From the human T2T-CHM13v2.0 reference genome, Homo sapiens, in the NCBI RefSeq assembly GCF_009914755.1, contig NC_060932.1: a stretch of 64,000 nucleotides of DNA; one strand, written 5' to 3'. The notes under the pieces were generated by a model. The model ran no database searches. It saw nothing but the letters and a program-made list of their open reading frames with translations, and was not told the DNA's origin. This document shows, in pieces, positions 1 to 13,889 of this stretch. Numbering within the stretch: position 1 is the first letter of the stretch; every line of letters starts with the position of its first letter. The translations under genes were made by a program, and so were the position numbers.

Positions 1-80
1 CTCATCCCTAGCATTTTTAGCCCTAGCAATTTAAACGTCAGCCCATGCAAAGAACAGATTCAGTGCTGGAGTTTACTGGT

Positions 81-436
81 TGTATTAGTATGCTTTCATG
101 CTGCTGATAAAGACATATCCAAGACTGAGCAATTTACAAAAGAAAGAGGTTTAATGGACTTACAATTCCACATGGCTGAAGAGGCCTCACAATCAAGGTG
201 GAAGGCAAGGAGAAGCAAGTCACATCTTACATGGATGGCATTAGGCAAAGAGAGAGAGCTTGTGCAGGGAAACCCCTCTTTTTAAAACCACCTGATCTCG
301 TGAGACTTACTCACTATCATGAGAACACCATGGGAAAGACCTGCCCCCATGATTCAATTAACTCCCACCAGGTCCCTCCCACAATACATGGGAATTCAAG
401 ACTAGATTTGGGTGGGGACACAGCCAAACTATATCA
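81..436 (-). mobile_element. THE1 (ERVL-MaLR) solo LTR
   Basis: Reverse strand reads TGATATAGTTTGGCTGTGTCCCCACCC...ACTAATACA. Flanked by a 5-bp target-site duplication CTGGT (76-80, 437-441). Confidence 0.92.
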
Positions 437-547
437 CTGGTTATTTAAGACCCTGTTTCTCATCCTCATATGTCTCAAACTCAAAAGATGGTAAGTCATG
501 ACTACAATGAAACTTTCTCCTTTTCCCCCCAAAATCTAAAAGCCTCT

Positions 548-920
548 TAATACGGTTTGGCTATGTCCCACTCTAATCTCATCTTGAATTGCAGGTCCCA
601 TAATCCCCACATGTCATGGAAGTGACCCAGTGGGAAGTAATTGAATCATGGGAGCAGTTACCCCTTGTTGTCCTTGTGATAGTGACTGAGTTCTTGAGAG
701 AGCTGATGGTTTTATAAGGGGCTTCCCCCTTCATTCAGCTTTCATTCTTCTCTCTCCTGCTGCCTTGTGAAGGACATGTCTGCTTCCCTTTCCGCCATGA
801 TTATAAGTTGCCTAAGGCCTTCCCAGCCATAAAGAACTGTGAGTCAATGACACCTCTTTCCTTTGCAAATTACCCAGTCTTGGATATTTCTTCATTGCAA
901 AGTGAGAATGAACTAATACA
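548..920 (+). mobile_element. THE1/MST (ERVL-MaLR) LTR
   Basis: TAATACGGTTTGGCTATGTCCC...TTATAAGGGGCTTCCCC...GAACTAATACA matches THE1 termini and body; no clear TSD. Confidence 0.9.
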
Positions 921-2689
921 TTTTCACTGGATCCAAGAAGAGGTGCAAACATGACCCTTGCATGTCAAATGCTGTTACAATTTCCCATCCCAATAGCACC
1001 ACATGTTTCAAGCACCATGGCTATTATCTGTCTTCCATCTCAGAGTTAGGGAAGAGTAATATATTCTAGCGAATTTTTTGCTTGTCACTGACAGTAAGAG
1101 ACACAAAAACACTACTACTTGTAACGTTCATAATTATGGTACAATTATGAGGTGATGTGTTCTTAAAACTAAGAAACTCTAAGCTTAGAATCCAAGTAAC
1201 CAGATTTCTAATTACGAGGACAGTTCTAAGCTCAATTCACAAAACAGACAGGAAAAAAAAAAAAAAGGCTTTGCATTTCTTGCTAACACAGATAAAACAT
1301 TGTATATTATTCTTCAAATTTGTGAGATATTCTGTAAACTCTAGTCTAAGACCAGGGATAAAGGACACATGATGATAAACCATCTTACTATAATTTAACT
1401 TAATCTAGCAGTAATAAAGATAGTTGTAATTTACTGTTAATATTGGGAAAGGTTGATGAAATAAAGCTAAAATCTCCCACTGGCGTTCAATCAAAGCTCT
1501 TCAATTTCCAGATGATTATAAATGAAAATCAGAAAACAAGCCAGTGGGGAAGGAATGGCCAGTCGAGGCTTAAGCCTAGCTGTTCTACCTCCCCTAGATA
1601 AAGAGGCTGAGCCACTAAGGCATCCAGGCACTGGTTTTCCATAGAATTCAAGGTTATAGTTTGGCACAACTAATCTTGCTTCTCAATATTTCTTCTCAGT
1701 GCTGCAAAGCATTTTAGCAATTAAGTATGAAAAACACTTACTCCTGGAAGCATAAAATTCACTTTGTGGATTTATATCTTCCCATTATTGGCCTGTACTT
1801 AATCACTGCTTTTTTTCATCATCTACTCAGTGGGGTTCTGTACAATTAAGATTTTTCAAATCCATAATTACAATTATATTTCTGTAACATAGTTTTATGA
1901 CAAATTGCATACGCTTTTGGAGTTATCAAATTATCTAGAATCAAACCTGCTAGATATAAGAAAGCACCGTGTTAATGATAAAACAACTGCTATAACTAGA
2001 AATGATAAAGAATCTTTGGAATGCTAATGTGGTATTTTTTTAAAGGATAAGGAGATGAAATTTAAAACCACTTTTACAAAGATGCTATACCTAAAAAAAT
2101 TCATATGTTAAGGGGTAACATTGCTATCAGAATACCCGTGGTTATCAGCTGCCTTAGGGGCTCTTGAACTTTATTTTAAATGTATCCACATTTCAAAATC
2201 TACTAAACACCATACAATTTCAAGATAAAACCTCTGTCTTTTATTCTTTAATGTTACTGCATCAGCATTACAAAGTACATTAATATTTCTGAATAACAAA
2301 ATACATTATGAAATCCTATGAAGATGTCTTCTCCATTTATGCTACCCAGTTTATTAACATTAATAAAAATGCCATATTTATTATCATCCATGGCTGGTGT
2401 GAGCATTTCAATATGTTACCCAGCAGCACTTGAAATATTGATACAAAAGTGAGAGTACATTATTCACTGGCTTTCTAAAACAAGCTTTTAGCATTTTAAA
2501 TCTAGGTATTCATCTTTGATACTGCATCATTATTTGGATAACACTAAATTCATAAAGTGTCAATCTTAGGGTTATAATAAGAAGTAAGTAGGTGTGAGCT
2601 CATTCTGATTTATTCCTAGGTCTCACGCACCACAAATGGTTTATGTTTATTACCCTTGAATGTTCAGATATACACAGAAGAAGTAACTG

Positions 2690-2797
2690 CCATGAGAGAT
2701 ATTTCTGTATGGTTCACTACTGAATACCCAGTACCCAGCATAAAGCCCTGCTCTCAGCAGACACTGATATATGTTTATTGAATGTGTGAATGAATCT
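2690..2797 (+). mobile_element. L2 3' end fragment
   Basis: ...cccagtacccagcataaagccctg...atatgtttattgaatgtgtgaatgaat, a typical L2 tail. Confidence 0.65.
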
Positions 2798-5700
2798 AGC
2801 TTCATCACATTCGATGCCATATGAGAAAATCATTTTAGGGCAATACAGAGTTTATAAATGAATTAAAATTTGGAATCAAATTTCCAAAGATTTTATTTTT
2901 TAAAAAATGTCAAATTCCTGTAAAATCTTACCCTTGAAAGTGCCCTTGAAATGCACTTTCCCCCAGGTGTACATCTTTTATATGAAACCAAATCATCAAG
3001 TTGTTGACTTCAATAACAGACAATGGATGGATGAACTGGCCTTTTAAGTCTTTTTATACAATTCCTTTACTAACATTATATACTTATAGAAATACTGAGT
3101 CATAAATGTATACATTTCAAATCTTCATCTTGACTTTCTTGGGAGGCACTAGGTTCCCAAAGCACAAGAATGAGTTGCTTATACTTTAAGAGAATTTAAA
3201 GATGACTCTCTTCTCAGCTCCATCCACCTTCATGTTGCTGTTTATTAATCTGATTAATCTGTTTGTTTGTTTGTTTTCAAAGTAGAGTAAAAATAAAATC
3301 AACATTCCTTCATTTCTCAAATCATTTCCCAAAGCTAGAAAGAGGACTACTGTGGGCATTCAAAATCTAAAAAGGCTATTCCCACAATTTATAAAACAGG
3401 TCAGGAAACTAGAAGCATTAAATCAGTGATCAATATCAGGCCTGCCCAAAAAGGAATCCACGAAGAAAAATTTTATTTAGAGTCCTTACAACATTAATGA
3501 GGCAGAGAAATCTTTGCTGACTAAAGCCAGAAGTTAGCAGAGAAAAGAAACAAAGACTGTTTTCATAAAATCATAACAACCACGTTGCTAAGGTGTAAAG
3601 GGGCCATTTAAATATCTAGGTTACTTTGTGCCTTGAACTATTTTGAACATTCCAGGGAAATGCTGCTGAATCCATTTTAGGGAGTCCCAAATGCAAAATT
3701 AGCCACACTGTGAGAAAAGTTAAAAGAAACTTTTAACTTAAGAAATTGTGAGTAAAATTTGTACATTGGTGTAAACTGCCCCTGCTCCTGAACTTACAAA
3801 GTTTACTTTTATCAACTCTGGGTAAAATGCAGGGTCCTTTCAGAAACTGGACTGGATGAATGGCCTGGAGTGATACCCAAGGCACATTTAGATTTTTACA
3901 ATGCTACCTGGCAGACACCATGGTAGGAAAACAAGTAACGATTTTTCACTCCTCTTTCGACTGCTGAAGTATTAAACACCATCAGTTTAGCATAAAAATC
4001 CCTACTGAGTTGGTAACACCAAGTAAAACTTCAGCTTAAAGGCAGAAAGCTTGTTTTAGGAGGTAAACAATAAAAGTCTAACTCTGCTTATTATGATTTT
4101 AACGTTAACATTCTCCTACCTCATTACCTCTAACACATTTACTGGAACTCAAAGTACGAAAACCACAGCTTTATTTTTATAAAGACAAAAGGAACATTAA
4201 CATTAATCATGGACTGGTGCAACGATTACTTTGTCCTAACAGAACGCTTTCTATGTGAATGTTTCAAAATATTTTATAAACAAAACCTCTGTGGTACAAA
4301 GTAAGAGAAGTGTGAATATTACACCAATTTTTGAAATGCTTATTCCTTGCATTTGACATTTACAAATCTTCACCTATATTCTGGGCATCTGTGTGCATGG
4401 CTTATCTTCCCTGACAGGCTGAAAACACCGTGAAGGCAAGGCGTGCATCTTGGCATTTGTATGTGCAGTCTGGGGTCTCTGGCACACACAAGGCAGCCAT
4501 GAGCTACTTCTACAAGGCTGTGAAATTCAATTTTAGGAAGCTGATCTGAACACAGGACAAGCCACATTCTTCAACACTAGCTGAATCAGATGAAAGGTGA
4601 TATTTTGTTCTCTCAACTTCCTTAATCTTGTGTTTTTTTTTTTCTCTTAATTAGTTTGGAACTCCAGTAGCAACAAGGGGTGCAATTTGGGGGCATGTAG
4701 AAACAACAACAACACAATACCTAACACTATTAAGTAATGGAAATAGAATTTTACCCTCGGTAACCTTTACAGTAGGATAAATTGAACGAAACCTGCTACA
4801 GGAGGAACGATAACCTGAGTAAAGTCTAAAGATCCATCTATACTCAGTGTGCATCGTCAAGCTACTGGCTCCAGTCATGCACAGCTACGAATGCATGCAA
4901 GAAAAATGCAAGAAAAAGTACCCAACCTGTTCTGACCACCATTAATACTACCATCAAGCATGTACTGGAATACTCCAAAAACTTACAACCCCATCTAAAA
5001 AAAAAAGAACACAATTGCTAGTAAAAACAAAAACCTAGGAATTACCAATATGAACTGAGCTTGCAGAGGGAAGGGAAGCCAAGCACCTTAATCATGTGCA
5101 GATCATGATCGACAAATCCAAAAATATTTTTCAAAACTTAATGATGAACGAAGAATTACGTTTTCCCAGTACGTGTATAAATGCCCCTTGAGTAATAAGC
5201 AGTTATAATACATCAAGACGATAGCAGTAAGAACAAAACAAATATAACAATAAAAAGCTCCATGAAAGGAGGTATGAGAAGGTAAATTTTTGTAGGCAAG
5301 TATAATTTCACCCTCTTAACAAACATTGTAATTTTAAAAAATAGACCAATGATATTAAAAATAAAAATCCTAATTCTGTAGAGCCATTTAAACGTACTTA
5401 TATCAAAGAGGAAGACCATTCCCTTTATTTTGAAGCTTTCAATAGTCTCTTTACTCTGATTGTTCCAATGGATAAAGAAAATGGTTATTCACTTTCATCA
5501 ATTTTCCTAACTTTTTTCAATATTTTAAAGAAGTTGTTTATTTAAAAAAACCACATTTTTAAGTTTTAGTACTTAATTCAAATCTGTAATTGGAATTATC
5601 AAGAATTGTTCCCTCTTCTCTTTTCCAAAATAATCCAAAACTCAAAACAGTTGGTCAGTGTGATTGCCAGGAAAAAAAAAAAAAAAGCTTAAACAATACT

Positions 5701-6033
5701 GAACTGCAGTTTATATAAGGGGAAAAAATGTTGTTGAATTTTAGTAACATGATTTGTTTTAAAACAATTTTAAGACTAACTGAATATAGACTAGTCAGGC
5801 TGAACAAAATTTTGAATTTTTTTTCAAGTTTCCAAGTTCAAGACACTGCGCTGATAAGATGTTCTTTTTCTATTACCAAACAATATAGTGTACTTACTTA
5901 AACAAAAGGAGAAAAAAAGGAGCATATATATCAAAGGAGAGATCAAAGGAGAGATGGCACATAACTTTTCTACCTTCTAAGATAATGTGGATATAAACCA
6001 TGAAAGAACGCATGCCTACTCCCCCTACCCACA

Positions 6034-6038
<5 letters not shown>

Positions 6039-6089
<51 letters not shown>
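6039..6089. repeat. (TG)n microsatellite
   Basis: About 25 uninterrupted TG units. Confidence 0.97.
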
Positions 6090-6091
<2 letters not shown>

Positions 6092-9000
6092 TGTTCCTCT
6101 CTCTCCATTAGTTTATTAGATTGGCTAGGATTTACATTAAAGGTTGCTGATCACCTAAGGCAAATAGCATGATCGAGTAGATTAAATGCAAAGCAACCAG
6201 CCTCAACAAGCACCACACAACATGTGGATTATGTGAATGAAACACTTGTCTTCTGTACTGACACACTCTACCCACTAGCAATGACTGTATAATTTCTAAA
6301 AAAGAAAAAACGTCCCACCCAACAAACATGCATCACTAAAAAGAACTGCAAGTCCTTTTAAGGTAGACAGTAAGGCTTTCGGAAGTGGCGGGTGAGGGTG
6401 TTCTTAGGAAGATTTTTTTCTTCTACTTTTCTGTTGTCTGCATTTTCTTATTCACCACTTAGGGCACAGGCAACTTGACACTAGTTTCTGTAACCAACCT
6501 GGTCCAGCAGGATTTCTCACACACCCTGCACAAAAGGCTAACCCCTTACAAAATACTTATTTCAGATTTACGTCAAGGTTCAATGAATTGCAGCCAGGAA
6601 ACTGAGCTCCAAACCTAATATAAAAGTCTCCTCTGCTAATCACTAAACCGATGGTTAGCCAGAAGGTGGGGAAATTAAAACTTTATACTGTTTCATTTCC
6701 TCTCATGCAAATGTAAAAAGAGAAACACTATCTTAGAGAAATTTATTTTTCTTCATTAATTTATATGGAAAATCTATGACTTCAAAGTGACCACACAAGT
6801 TTACTTTAACAATGTAAATCTTCCATGGGAGCCAACCACGTGATCTTTAACTTGTATTCACAGGCCCTCCTAAAGTCTTTACTGTACTCACTTTAAGTTC
6901 CCAAGCTGTCATAATGCTTAAACTCCAGCTGAGGTATTAGGTGTTATGATAACTCATGCAATGATAATGGGTACTGCTAGAGTATACACCTTCTAAGGGA
7001 AATCAATGCAGTCTTGGGTTTATTTAACATTGCCAGAGGTAAAACAGACTCAGGAACCAGTGAATCAGTTACCAAGAAATCTCCTGATTCTGCCACCGTT
7101 GGAAAAAAAGAAAAGTGCACTTTCCTATTCTTTCATGTTCCCCTTTATGCCCCACAGAATTCTCACGAGAATCAGAGGTATCCTAAACATTGTTCAGTTC
7201 TTGCAGTGAACAGTGCTCAAATCTCACTCCAATTACCTCCAGTTATGAACTGAGCCTGCCAACACCGCAGAAAGAGTCAGTGGCCAGGAATTTATGTCAA
7301 ATTACACGTTACACAATGATGAATAGGAGAGAAAAATAGCAGCGATTAAATACAATACTATGGGGTACATTATTAGATTTGCAATAAAGATACAACTATG
7401 CTTTCTTGACTCAATTGTACACATTGGAAAAGATGTGCCGTAGCTTTCACAGGGTATTTTTTAACCCTATATTAAGTGCCTTTAATACTTAATTTTATTT
7501 TTTATGCTGTGGCCCTCTAGCTATACCTGTTTTTGTTTTTCAAGTAAATTGTACCATAGATCACTGGTAGGGGAAACAAAAGCAAAAGCAAAACAAAACA
7601 AAAACAATAGATCCTGATGACACAGGTCTATTTATACAAACGATTGAAGCAAAAATCAATTGTAACTGTATCAGTTTATGCAGGGAGAAATGACAATTCT
7701 ATGTCATGTGACTAGACAATATGGTGACAGATGGGTTTGGAAAGCTTCAAAATAATTGGTGTACGTTTAAACAGCTCATAGTGCCCATTACACATACCGT
7801 ATGGGCCGCCAATTATTTCTTTCCAGTTTCTGTTGCCAAAATGCTGAATTCAACCAACCCCCTCACAATATTGGTACCCCAAGATTTCTGTCCACTCCTG
7901 TAGCAGACTTGGATGAGGGGAGCATGTTTATCTACAGCAAGTAGTCAAAATACAGGAGTTGCTTACATAGTTGTGTTCTTTTCAGGAATAATACTTTTCT
8001 GGCCACCATCCACACTCATGGTATACTTGTGAACACATTAACTCCACTGAATGTTACATTCATAGGTTTATAAATAATGGTACATACACTTGAAAAGACT
8101 GTCATTAAAAAGCCAAACACGTTTTTCTTCATACCCTACACTATATATATAGGGGCTTCGAATAAACATGTAGGTTTCCAGGAGAGAGTTGAGTAGATGG
8201 AGAATACTTAGAGGAAAATAATACATAACATGTTACTGCCCCGTGGGAATAGAGACCTTAGGCCTTTATTCTGATTTCTGATGTGACAACTCTTAGGTGT
8301 GAAACAAAGACTCCTGCTGACAAGCAGAAAGCAGTTAAATGACACATAACGATGTGGACTGTTTGCTGAAAGTAGTGCTGACAGCTACAGGTGTTTTTCT
8401 TTTTTAAGTTTAGAAGGCCCTCGGAAGTGGTTCTACAACCCTGTCTTTTAGCAGGCTACCCTGCAAGGAGATTCAAAATTATTTCCAAAACCCCAACTGT
8501 GTATCCCATTGGTAAAGTCTGACAGCATACATCCCTCTCAAAAGAGGTGGAGGAACATCTGAATGGTTCATATTGCCGAGAAGACATGAATTAGATAAAT
8601 GTAATATTAGTGGTCTCTTTGTATTTAATTGCATTGGAAAAAATGACAGGTTTTTTTTTTTGTTTTCTTTATTACTAAACATACTGGAGTTCATTGTTTT
8701 GATTTTATTTTCCATTTGATAAGCGTGTGCTTTCATACATACATTAGTGAGTTCGCCAAAGTACTACAAAGTAACCACATTTTAAACAGAAAAAAAAAGA
8801 AAAAAATTCCACCCAATTTTCTCAGCTTCTTTAATTTGGTGGAAAACGTAAAGTTGTCTCTCCAAGGTAAACTAGCTGAGAAAGTGATTCTAAGAGTAAA
8901 AGCAATAAAATTTAACCATAGCTTTACTAGCTGTGCTCACAAATGAGGTAACTCAACAATGCCAACTAAAATAAATATTTACTGCAGTAAAAATAACAGC

Positions 9001-11129
9001 ACCAAGAAGAAGCATCATGCTACATAATTCTGATTACACCAAAGGCAATATTTCTTATCACACCAAATTAAAAGGACGAAAGACATTTACTTGAAACTTC
9101 AAGGTAAGGGAATTTTTAAGTTCTCATATGAACAACACTGTTTACCTAATCTTGTACCATATTTTCATGTAAGTTATCCTCATACCATGGCATAGATTTT
9201 AGCAAATTCGTGGCCATATCCTATTTTAAAGAAAACTGTACATATTGAATTACCATAACATCTTTGATACTAATGTGCATGGGCAAAAGTTAAGTATGAG
9301 AGAAAGAAAGAATATCTACATGTAGTCTGTTCATTTAAGTCTTAGCAGGTGGTCAGAATGTTGCATGTATCATAAAATTCTGGACAACCCCCCAGTCTAC
9401 AAGATGGCCTTGATAGAAGAGCCTAAAGTCACTAAACAGATTGCCAAAAGGCAAGTGGTCAGAATTGTGGACAGAAGCTACCCTACAGTTCCTTCAAGCC
9501 TGCAGCAACAAGAAGAATACACACCTGTTGCTCAAGGCCAGTTGGCAAAATAGAAAATGGAAGTGATGCAGATCTAGAACCTTGCTAGTGAGCTCCAGGT
9601 TATGTGGCACTAAGGGAGGGGCAGTGCCAATGGCATGGCTTAGGGAAGCAATGATTTCTGAGTTTTGCTGTTGTTTTTGCATTTTTTTCTTTCTTCTTTT
9701 TTTTTGTAGCCAGCTGGTATTCCTAAGGTCAGAAAAACATATGGAAAATGGCAATATTCCAGAAATCAGAAAACAGAAAAAAAAACAGAATTTGATTAAT
9801 TTTGTCACTCATTCTTCAAACCACGGACAATGACTCTTCACTAAGTAATGGCAACTTCAACCTCTATCTGTAAAAATTTAAGACAGCTACAAAAGTTCTA
9901 ATAAATTGGGATAATCACACATTTTCATTTTGCCTCGAAGTTTAGTGAGATGATATGTTTTCAAGAGATCTGTAATTAAAAATGGTTTAGTGCCTATAAT
10001 TTCATCAAACCATTCTGTGAAAGGAAAGAGATAAGATGGAAAAATGAAGAGAAAAATTGATGCAAGAAACTAAGGCAATAATACTGCTTCAAAACCTGAT
10101 AGGATAAATGTAATAATCATTCTAATACCATATATGTTTGTAGCATTTATGTCTCTGCTTTTTATCCTAAATAAACCCACGCATCTTTCTCATTTGAGAA
10201 AATTTACATTGCTTTCCCTGGAATATTTCTTGCCAACTATGGCAGTTTACACCATAGAGAGGAAAGTCTGGTTAACACCAAGTTTTAGGCCTCAGGTATA
10301 TCCAAGATATACTTGTTCCAGATACAGAGAGACAGATGAATAAAAAGATTCACCACATGTTGAAATAATTGGTCTCAAAAATGCCATCAAGGGAATAATA
10401 AATCAACATGGACAGAAAAACTCAGTACATCAATTCCTAGTTACAGACATATTTTTTCCACATGTTGATTCTTCATTTCTACCTTCATTTCCATCGTAAT
10501 CTAATGAAATTCTAAATGGACACAATTACTTCTCAGGTCATTCACTGTTATTAGAAAGGGGGGTGGGGAAATCTGGCATTACCTGTCCACATTTTCAGGT
10601 GCACTGTCCTTGACACAGCAATTCCACTTCCAGGAATTTGGCAAAGAAGGATCTTTGCCAAATTGATACCTCTCTATACCAATACCAAATCTTCCTAAAT
10701 ATTCAGATATGGATTCAAGACAAAGGCAAGAAACAGAATTTGGAATGAGCACTTTTGCAGTGACTTAAAATTTCTAAATAGCTTGATAACATAAAATATT
10801 CCAAATATCTAAAGCAAGGATCCTTGTCAAGAAGGTGCCACCCATCAGGTCACACCAACACCATCTGGGCAGAGAAGGGGAGCCCATGCCAGGCACCTCT
10901 ATCAATGTGGACTTCTCATGTGCTCCTTGGTCCATTTCTGTCCCTAACGTGCAATCCACTATGTTAATATAATTCCCTGTGCCTCCTGCAGCTCTTTCAG
11001 GGCGGCTGTGTAGTAGAGTCTAAATCCTCTTTCAGCATTCATGATATATCAGGGATTAGAGTATTGAATACAGTGATCTTCTAGTTGTAAGAGGCTATGG
11101 TTTCAACACCTCTCATACTGAGAGTTTTA

Positions 11130-11250
11130 AACCAGTTGTGTTATTTTGGGGCAACTTACTTAACTTTTCTATACCTTAGTGCCATCAATAAAATTGAGTT
11201 GACAATGCCCAGCATCATAATGTTATTTGGAGGATTAACTGAGATGATGA
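11130..11250 (+). mobile_element. MIR fragment
   Basis: ttggggcaacttacttaacttttct...ttgttatttggaggattaactgagatgat-like MIR core. Confidence 0.55.
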
Positions 11251-13840
11251 CTGTGACTGACAGTGACTGTCCTAATTCCTGACCCATTACTGTACTTCTT
11301 CCCAGAAGGCAGATACCATGTATTATTGTACTCCCCCAGCAAAAACCAAATGCCAGACACATTTTATATAAGAATGAACAATTAATCTGAATAATAAAAA
11401 TAAGGCTTATTTATAAAGGTTAAGTTGAATAGTATATACATGCACATATATGCAAATATATATAATTCAGATATTTTATCTTTCTTAATGCTTACATGAC
11501 TCTAAACTCTCACAATTTTAAATTAAAACATAAATATGACATAATTGTAAATTTTTCAGCTTTATACATCAGCATTTTACCATCATGAGAAAAGATATTC
11601 TTTTTCTTCTTTCTAATTTCCCCAAAGTTAAATTTTTAAAACATAGTTTACTATAAAAAATTATCAACAAATTAGCACTGAATAAATTGTTCTTTATTTC
11701 TAGTTAATTTATTTGAAAAGTTGATATTTTATGCTCTAGTTTCTGGCATGAGATATAAAACGTGCCACTGCTCTAAAAAATATATCAGAAAATTTTTTTC
11801 CACAAATGGCTTTTTTAGGAAAAAAAATTATAATTAACAGGATCAAAATTTCACATAGTTCCACATCTCTAAACTTATATAGAAATTTAATGATTACATA
11901 ACTTCAACCATATCAGCAAATACACTTCTTTTACTAGCATGCATCAATATCCTCCCAATTAAAATACTCTGTAAGACTGCCTACAGTATTTCAGATCAAA
12001 ATAGCTTTTACTGAAATAGACTTTCCTGCCTCTCTGATTTAGCATCTCACTTTCTCTTATTGGCAGATGGTTAGCCAAGTTCTATTTAAATCCATATGTC
12101 TTCCATAGGCATCATACAAATACTGAATTAAAAGATGAACAAATGTTTTAAAGCTAATCAGATTAGCCTTTAAGTGAAAAAAGTAACAAAGTGGAGTTTC
12201 ATTTCCTGCAAATGACTTTTACTACATCACGGTTAGATGACTGAAGGAGTTACATCCCCGTAAACTACCCAGACAAAAATAACTCACTGTATGAGACAAG
12301 ATTACAGAAAAAGACTTTCCTGACTTTGATTATTTTTTTCATGAATCCTTCCTCTCTGCATGAATTCCAATCCTGGCAGGCAATAAATCTGGTACCAGAG
12401 TGATAGTATAGTGTAGGCATGGTTCACCATCAAGACTAAGAAGAACAGAAGAGCAGAATACTTCACCAGCTTTATTTCCATACAGCTATACCCTCTCTCC
12501 CTCCTTTACTTCCACTAATTTGCTAAAGGGTCAAATAAACACACAAGAATTCCCACTTGAGGAAAAGAGCTCCATGCCTTTATAGATTTCAGTTTCATAA
12601 ATATAACCTGTACTTTTATTCATCTCTTCTAGGCAAAGAGATTAAGATGATGAGGTTGAGTTTGTAGTACAAACATCATATGCATTCCTGAGTTCACAAA
12701 AGCTTTCAAGTTCTCGTATCCAGGTTTGTCTCTAGTTAAGTCATGCTGCAGACTTAAGGAATAATAATCTACTAGTATCTTTCTCTTCTTCTTATCACAC
12801 TTTCTGGGCTATATGCCTTTGCTTCTCTGACTTGGCCATAAAATGATATAGATAAATGGTCCCATTACACATTTCTGGTTATCTTGAGCCCAGTATCTAA
12901 TATTCTAAAATATCTCCCTTCTTTAGAAGGAAGCAGTATATTGGTATGGTAAATCATTCTTCACATTTTTGTTTCAACACTTGCCAGCACTGTGTTCTAT
13001 ATAAACTAATAATATAGCTGTGTAGAAAGAAGACTGATTAAGTTCAACCAAAATTGAACCTAGAGTCAATTTTATTAAAAAAAGAAGGTATATAAAAAAT
13101 AAATTTTGGAGTCATGATTTAACAAATAGACTTTTTAGGTTTGAACTGAAACTTTTAAAACCTAGAAATGCACTGGCAGATTGTGTCTCTAGATTCCTGT
13201 GTCACAAAATTCTATAAAGAAATCTCTGTTTCACCAGATAACTCAGAAAAAAGGGATATATATAGATATATATGTAGATATAGATACATGCCAAGTGTTA
13301 AAATGTTCCATTAAAGCTCAAATCCTTTTTATTGTTATACGAACCCTAAATTGCTGTAATTGATTTTTTCCAGAGTAAGTAACTCACTAGATAATCTTAT
13401 ACCCTAAAGGTTATTGGAAATAATGCACAAAGTAATAATTTACTAATTCATCAGTCCTAAAAGAGTATACAAATAATAATCAATTTATAATTATAATCTT
13501 AATGGTAGAAAATTTACACAGGCGGTACGGCAGTCTCATACAGCAAATAAAATATGGTTTTCCAAATTTTAAAAAATGCATATTTCCTCATATAATTCTA
13601 TTCCATTAAAGATATATTGATTTTAGACCTCCTAAAAGATTAGCAGTATAACAGGGCCAACAAGAAACAAAAATATAAAAATGCACAGCCCTCAGGAGCT
13701 CTCAGTCTGCTAAAGGAGGAAAATTTGCAAATGGATAAATTAAAAGAACTAGTATTTGCAGTATCTCTCATATCTTTGTTCTACTGTGTCCCATACTTGT
13801 CTAAAAGCTCCTTGCTTTTAGTGGAAAAACCTCAAAAAAA

Positions 13841-13851
13841 ACACACACACA

Positions 13852-13888
<37 letters not shown>
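13841..13888. repeat. (CA)n microsatellite, interrupted
   Basis: CA run with two CT interruptions, following an A-run. Confidence 0.95.

Positions 13889-13889
<1 letters not shown>

Noticed and set aside
198-494. 98-aa ORF
   Set aside because: Lies mostly within a THE1 LTR, has a non-ATG start and no protein signature.
3717-3739. 10-bp AT-rich stem AAGTTAAAAG-aaa-CTTTTAACTT
   Set aside because: Expected by chance in 64 kb of AT-rich DNA.
9365-9833. Three overlapping ORFs, one with a KKRRKKK/QQQ stretch
   Set aside because: Produced by T-runs and ttg repeats; no domain or convincing splice structure.
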